From Methanocella sp. (GTDB lineage Archaea; Thermoproteota; Bathyarchaeia; Bathyarchaeales; Bathycorpusculaceae), in the NCBI GenBank assembly GCA_050261115.1, contig JBLNCY010000010.1, forward strand, positions 113,757 through 177,756: a stretch of DNA of 64,000 bases. The letters are read 5' to 3'. The translations under genes and the position numbers were made by a program. Each line of letters begins with the position of its first letter. The first letter of the stretch is position 1. The notes below the pieces were generated by a model. That model saw only the letters and a program-made list of their open reading frames with translations. It ran no database searches and had not been told where the DNA came from. Below are positions 59,674-64,000 of this stretch, in pieces.

Positions 59674-60204
59674 TTGGCTGTAGAAGGTTTTTTCGAAAAC
59701 AAAAAGCAACCCGTAGAAGCCAAAGTCGGCGACTTAACCCCACAATCTAAAGCAGTTAATGTCACGGCCAAGGTAGTATCCAAAACTGAAATACGCGAAA
59801 TCCCAATGGGCAGAGACGGCTCACCGCACAAAGTCAGCGATGCACTCATCGGCGACGAAACAGGTGTAGTCTACTTAACGCTGTGGGATGACAACATCGA
59901 GAAAGTAAACGACGGAGACACCGTACGTATCGAAAATGGCTATGTTACGTTATTCAAAGGAAACATACGCCTAAACATCGGTAAATATGGTAAACTTGAA
60001 CCCGCACAAACGCCGCTCGCAGAAGAAGTAAACACAGAAAACAACGTATCAAGCAAAACCTATGAGCAGGAGCGCAGACCCTTCAGAGGACGCGGTCGCG
60101 GATTCGGCGGCGGTGGTAGAGACCGTCGTGGTGGCGGCGGCTTCGGTGGAGGCCGCGATAGAGGCGATCGTCGCGGTGGCGGCGGTTACAGGCCAAGATA
60201 CTAA
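59674..60204 (+). CDS. ssb: Single OB-fold single-stranded DNA-binding protein with RGG-rich tail
   Basis: IGDETG...TLWD, IENGY...FKG..RLNIGKYG, tail RGRGRGFGGGGRDRRGGGG. Confidence 0.88.
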   Translation: MAVEGFFENKKQPVEAKVGDLTPQSKAVNVTAKVVSKTEIREIPMGRDGSPHKVSDALIGDETGVVYLTLWDDNIEKVNDGDTVRIENGYVTLFKGNIRLNIGKYGKLEPAQTPLAEEVNTENNVSSKTYEQERRPFRGRGRGFGGGGRDRRGGGGFGGGRDRGDRRGGGGYRPRY

Positions 60205-60219
60205 ATGCCCAAGCACTTG

Positions 60220-60250
60220 AAAAGAGTTTTATCTCTTTTTTAATTTTTAT
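60220..60250 (+). terminator. Hairpin plus T-tract after ssb
   Basis: AAAAGAG-TTTTAT-CTCTTTT followed by T-runs. Confidence 0.45.
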
Positions 60251-60356
60251 TTAACCTACTTATAGACTGTTTGTCGGCTACGTTACCTTTAAATCGTCAT
60301 AGGCTTTGAGAACCCATAAAACACCTCTGTTATTGTGGTGAATAGGAGACTCTGCC

Positions 60357-61730
60357 TTGACATCGAACGAAAAAATTAAACCAACCGTTGAGGAGTTGCT
60401 TGCTAAAGCTAAAAAACCCGCTCAGCTCTCGCCAGCTATGCATAGGTATTATGAGGGTAAAATGCAGGTTATTCCTAAATGTGCCATCCGAAGCGTAGAT
60501 GACTTTGCCTTATGGTACACTCCAGGCGTCGCAGCGCCGTGCAAAGAGATACAAGCCGACCCCGAGAAATCTTTCGAGTTAACTAACCGATGGAATAGCG
60601 TTGCAGTCGTTAGTGACGGAACCCGTGTACTTGGGTTAGGCGATATCGGTCCAGAGGCAGCCATGCCCGTTATGGAAGGCAAATCTCTCCTATTCAAGTA
60701 TCTAGGCGGTGTAGACGCAACAGCCATATGCCTAAACACCAAAGACCCCGACGAGTTGATTAGGGCCTGTGAGTTGATTGAGCCTACGTTTGGCGGCATA
60801 AACTTGGAGGATATTGCTTCGCCTAAGTGTTTCTATGTGCTTGAGAAAGCCGCCGAGAAGCTAGAGATTCCGGTTTGGCATGATGATCAGCAGGGAACTG
60901 CGGCAGTGATCTTGGCGGGTCTAATTAATGCTTTCAAGATAGTGGGCAAGAAGCCTCAAGATAGCCAAATAGCGCTTGTCGGAGCAGGCGCCGCAAATAC
61001 CCGAACAGCCTATGTTCTTATGCGTTGGGGCGTTAAACCTGGCAACATAATTATGGCTGACATTAACGGCATCGTTTACCCCGGCCGGCCTGATATCACT
61101 GAGGAGAATCGTTGGCTCTATGAATTATCTAAAGTGACAAACAATGAGGGTCGGAGAGGTGGTGTGGCTGAAGCATTGAAGGGTATGGATGCGGTGGTTG
61201 CTGCGTCTAAGCCGGGTCCCGATACGATAAAGAAGGATTGGATACGGAACATGGCTGATGACTCTATCGTGTTTGCCTGTGCGAATCCGATTCCTGAGAT
61301 TTGGCCTTGGGATGCTGAAGAAGCTGGCGCATGCATAGTCGCAACGGGCAGAAGCGACTTCCCCAACCAGGTTAACAACAGCTTAGGCTTCCCGGCGATC
61401 TTCCGTGGCGTATTAGACGTGAAAGCCAAAACCATCACAGACGACATGTGCATAGCAGCTGCAACTGAACTCGCAAAGTATGCTGAAGAGCGAGGCATGA
61501 ATGAAAAGGACATTCTGCCGCGGATGGACGAGTGGGAAGTCTTCCCTCGAGAAGCTGTTGCTTGCGCCCTAAAATCTATCGAGCAAGGCGTCGCACGCAT
61601 AAAGCCCAGCCGACAGGAACTATATGACCGCGCGTCCGCAATAATACGCAATGCTCGCCAATCAACAGAGTTGCTAATGAAGCACGGGCAGATTAAGCAA
61701 CCGCCAAGCGAAGAGGACTTACTGAAATAA
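60357..61730 (+). CDS. NAD(P)-dependent malic enzyme
   Basis: YTPGVA, DGTRVLGLGDIG, VMEGK, INLEDI, HDDQQGTA, GAGAA, ATGRSDFPNQVNN. Confidence 0.95.
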   Translation: MTSNEKIKPTVEELLAKAKKPAQLSPAMHRYYEGKMQVIPKCAIRSVDDFALWYTPGVAAPCKEIQADPEKSFELTNRWNSVAVVSDGTRVLGLGDIGPEAAMPVMEGKSLLFKYLGGVDATAICLNTKDPDELIRACELIEPTFGGINLEDIASPKCFYVLEKAAEKLEIPVWHDDQQGTAAVILAGLINAFKIVGKKPQDSQIALVGAGAANTRTAYVLMRWGVKPGNIIMADINGIVYPGRPDITEENRWLYELSKVTNNEGRRGGVAEALKGMDAVVAASKPGPDTIKKDWIRNMADDSIVFACANPIPEIWPWDAEEAGACIVATGRSDFPNQVNNSLGFPAIFRGVLDVKAKTITDDMCIAAATELAKYAEERGMNEKDILPRMDEWEVFPREAVACALKSIEQGVARIKPSRQELYDRASAIIRNARQSTELLMKHGQIKQPPSEEDLLK

Positions 61731-61752
61731 TTTCCTTTTCTTTGGGCTAGTG

Positions 61753-61916
61753 CTGCTGCTTTGCTGACCTACCCCTCCCTTATATATAGACTCAACAACC
61801 ACCGACAATAGCCATATACATCTGGTCGTTTGCAGGTTTCTGGCGCTGACAGCCATATGACTGCAGCGAATAGTTGATTTTTAGCTGCTGTTTTTGCTAA
61901 AAAATAAGCCTATTTA
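61753..61916 (-). repeat. Dispersed intergenic repeat, copy D (near full length)
   Basis: Minus strand TAAATAGGCTTATTTT...AAACCTGCAAACGACCAGATG...GGTTGTTGAGTCTATATATAAGGGAGGGGTAGGTCAGCAAAGCAGCAG. Confidence 0.8.
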
Positions 61917-62109
61917 TCGGTGGGTTTCTTGTTCTGTTATGATCGTCTCAGCTTATATATGGCAGATTCACTGTGAAAGATGGAGCAACTGCCCCACTTA
62001 TTCGGTCTTTTGCGGAGGTAATGCGAAGCGCATTTGTGAGTTAGGGTTGATAGCCTCCGTCTGGCAATGACGAGGTTTGGTTTGTAGGAAGTGCAAGGGA
62101 GGTGGTTTG

Positions 62110-62256
62110 TTGGTAACTGATGTTGTTTGCGGAATGGAGATCGATGAAAACACAGCTAAGTACCAGTCAGTCTATAAGGGTAAAACCTATTACTTCTGCG
62201 GGCAACCATGCAAGCTAGAGTTTGATTCAAGACCCCAAAAATACGCCTCAGCCTAA
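62110..62256 (+). CDS. YHS/TRASH metal-binding domain protein (not in ORF track)
   Basis: MVTDVVCGMEIDENTAKYQSVYKGKTYYFCGQPCKLEFDSRPQKYASA; GGAGGTG RBS before TTG. Confidence 0.9.
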   Translation: MVTDVVCGMEIDENTAKYQSVYKGKTYYFCGQPCKLEFDSRPQKYASA

Positions 62257-62325
62257 ATGGTGCTGCTGTAGCTGTTTTAGTGCGCCAACAAATAGATAAG
62301 TGAACTGTTCTTCACAGTTTTTTTC

Positions 62326-62868
62326 ATGTCAGCAAGTACATCATTAAAACTCGCTATGCGAAGGCTATGGTCCGATCACGTCGTATACACCCGGTGTTAC
62401 ATTATATCGGCGGTTGCTGCGCTTCAAGACGCCCAAGCGACTGCGGTGCGACTGCTTAAAAATCAAGAGGACATCGGAAATGCAATAGTGCCCTTCTACG
62501 GTCAAGAAGCCGGAAGCAAACTCGCCGATTTACTAAAAGAACATATCAAAATTGCCGTTGAACTCGTCGATGCAGCAAAGACGGGTGACCAGAAAAAATT
62601 TGAGGAAGCCGATAAGCGCTGGACAAACAACGCTAACCAGATAGCCACCTTCTTATCAGAAGCAAATCCGTATTGGCCCAAAAAAGACGTCACCGATCTA
62701 CTCAGTCTGCATCTTAAGATTACAAAAGAGGAAGCCATCGCCAGATTAAACGGTAAATGGGAAGAAGACATTCAGAAATTTGATGAAATCTACACCGAAA
62801 TAATGGTTTTAGCCGATGCCCTTTCCGATGGTATTGTAAAGCAGTTCCCCGAGAAATTTAAGGAGTAA
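62326..62868 (+). CDS. Conserved all-helical His-containing protein of unknown function
   Basis: LWSDH..YTR, RLL.NQ.DIG, LLKEH, LL.LH repeated helical motifs. Confidence 0.75.
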   Translation: MSASTSLKLAMRRLWSDHVVYTRCYIISAVAALQDAQATAVRLLKNQEDIGNAIVPFYGQEAGSKLADLLKEHIKIAVELVDAAKTGDQKKFEEADKRWTNNANQIATFLSEANPYWPKKDVTDLLSLHLKITKEEAIARLNGKWEEDIQKFDEIYTEIMVLADALSDGIVKQFPEKFKE

Positions 62869-62878
62869 TCTTGGTGCC

Positions 62879-63433
62879 TTGTGTGCGGCTGTTGAAGTAA
62901 CATACCCTTTTCCTATTGGTGCTCCAGCGCCCAACTTCGAAAACCTGCCAAACGTTGACGGTAAACGATATTCTCTTTCATCCTTTAATGATAAATCGAT
63001 GGTTGTCTTAGTTTTTATGGCCAACCGCTGCCCAACTGCACGCGTATATACCGACCGGCTAAAGGCGATTCAGGTGGATTATGGGAGCCGCGGCGTGCAG
63101 CTTGTTGGGATAAACTCTGATAACCAATACTTTTTCCCTCTGGAGTCTTTAGGTATAATGGCTGAGGTTTTTGATGAACGACAACTTAATTTTCTGTATC
63201 TAAAAGATGAAGACCAAAATGTAGCTAGGGCCTATGGTGCTCTGGTTACTCTGCATGCGTTTGTTTTGGATAAGGATCGCCACCTGAGGTATCGTGGAAG
63301 AATTGATGATTCCCGTGATCCCCAAAAAGTGGAAACAACCGACCTAAGAAACGCCCTAGAGGATTTGCTAAATAACCGTCCGGTTCGTGTACCTGAGACA
63401 AGACCCTTTGCCTGTAGTATAGAATACTTTTAG
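62879..63433 (+). CDS. Thioredoxin-fold redoxin (AhpC/TSA-like)
   Basis: IG.PAP.F, NRCP, GINSD, DEDQ.VA..YGA, YRGRIDD, C-terminal CSI. Confidence 0.88.
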   Translation: MCAAVEVTYPFPIGAPAPNFENLPNVDGKRYSLSSFNDKSMVVLVFMANRCPTARVYTDRLKAIQVDYGSRGVQLVGINSDNQYFFPLESLGIMAEVFDERQLNFLYLKDEDQNVARAYGALVTLHAFVLDKDRHLRYRGRIDDSRDPQKVETTDLRNALEDLLNNRPVRVPETRPFACSIEYF

Positions 63434-63533
63434 GATCTTTGGTAAGCAGATACCTTTTCGGTTGTTGGGTGAGTTTTCAAGTTAAGCATTCTTTAGCTGT
63501 AATATGATTTTCCGAAAAATAGCTTGATTGTAA

Positions 63534-63998
63534 TCAGATGCTGTCTAGTTCAATAACGTCTGGGTCACTGGGGTGTTGCCGTCTTTTCGTTATAACCGCG
63601 GCTGCAACCACGATAGCCATTACTACCAAAGCTAACGTGCTGGTCTGGTAGAGGTCACTTTGGCTAATGATGTTTGGGTTTACGGTGGTGGTTCGGTTGG
63701 GGATTTTTATGGCTGATTGGTTCTCGGGTGTAGGTGACGGTTTAGGTTTTGGAGTGGGGGTTGGCGTGGGAGTTTTTGTGGGTTGGGGTGTTGATTCGCT
63801 TGTGGAGGAACTCGACGTGCTATAGGAGTTTGATGAGCTGGATTGGGTTTGGGTTGGTTGGGGTGTTGGTTCTGGTGTAGGGGTTTCTGTGGGGGTTATG
63901 GTTGTATTGGGGTTGGTGGTGGGTGTTGGAGTGGGGGTGGTCAGGTTGGTAGTGGGGGTCGGTGTGGGCGGTATCGGCGTGGGGGTTGGGTTTGGGGT
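63534..63998 (-). CDS. 3' part of Pro/Thr/Ser-rich membrane-anchored surface protein (truncated by window edge)
   Basis: Open frame [17 protein letters not shown]... ending [19 protein letters not shown]...DSI*. Confidence 0.8.
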   Translation of the reverse strand, partial: TPNPTPTPIPPTPTPTTNLTTPTPTPTTNPNTTITPTETPTPEPTPQPTQTQSSSSNSYSTSSSSTSESTPQPTKTPTPTPTPKPKPSPTPENQSAIKIPNRTTTVNPNIISQSDLYQTSTLALVVMAIVVAAAVITKRRQHPSDPDVIELDSI

Positions 63999-64000
63999 AG

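Noticed and set aside
1009-61651. Many antisense or alternate-frame ORFs in the track (e.g. 1009-1479, 22081-22605, 25374-25808, 44199-44759, 61118-61651)
   Set aside because: They shadow well-supported genes or low-complexity DNA and carry no recognisable motifs.
2098-61916. Dispersed repeats as a CRISPR array
   Set aside because: Copies are kilobases apart, degenerate and in both orientations; no spacers or cas genes.
61975-62062. Fluoride riboswitch from GATGGAG...TGATAGCCTCC similarity
   Set aside because: The P1 stem and GCUAAUGAC-type 3' motif are not convincingly present and no crcB-like gene is adjacent.
63700-64000. G/T-rich tandem-like repeats at the window end
   Set aside because: Explained by Pro/Thr codons of a minus-strand surface-protein linker.

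Overview
Chromosomal window of a TACK-superphylum archaeon, most likely Bathyarchaeia (inferred from eS30, eL13, a CdvB-type ESCRT-III, single-OB-fold SSB with an RGG tail, GatDE and class I CCA enzyme). It is mostly housekeeping: translation and RNA processing genes, two tRNAs (Val-GAC, Ser-TGA), central carbon and nitrogen genes, an Hcp/flavoprotein/polyferredoxin/NosD-like redox cluster, and a 14-kb divergent tetrapyrrole plus anaerobic corrin-ring cluster (hem, sirC, cobA, cbi). Several short genes missing from the ORF track were read by hand (eS30, tandem C2H2 zinc finger, YHS protein, a 38-aa basic ORF). The most notable unexplained signals are: a degenerate intergenic repeat family of up to about 170 bp with core GTCTATATATAAGGG present six times in both orientations; a 133-nt multibranch RNA-like structure upstream of eno; structured leaders before rpl15e and the YHS gene; a one-base frame break at the cbiG/cbiH junction; a decayed islet beside tRNA-Val; and abrupt G+T to A+C strand-skew switches. 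No CRISPR array, rRNA or intact transposase/integrase was seen. All product calls come from motif recognition by eye, not database searches.
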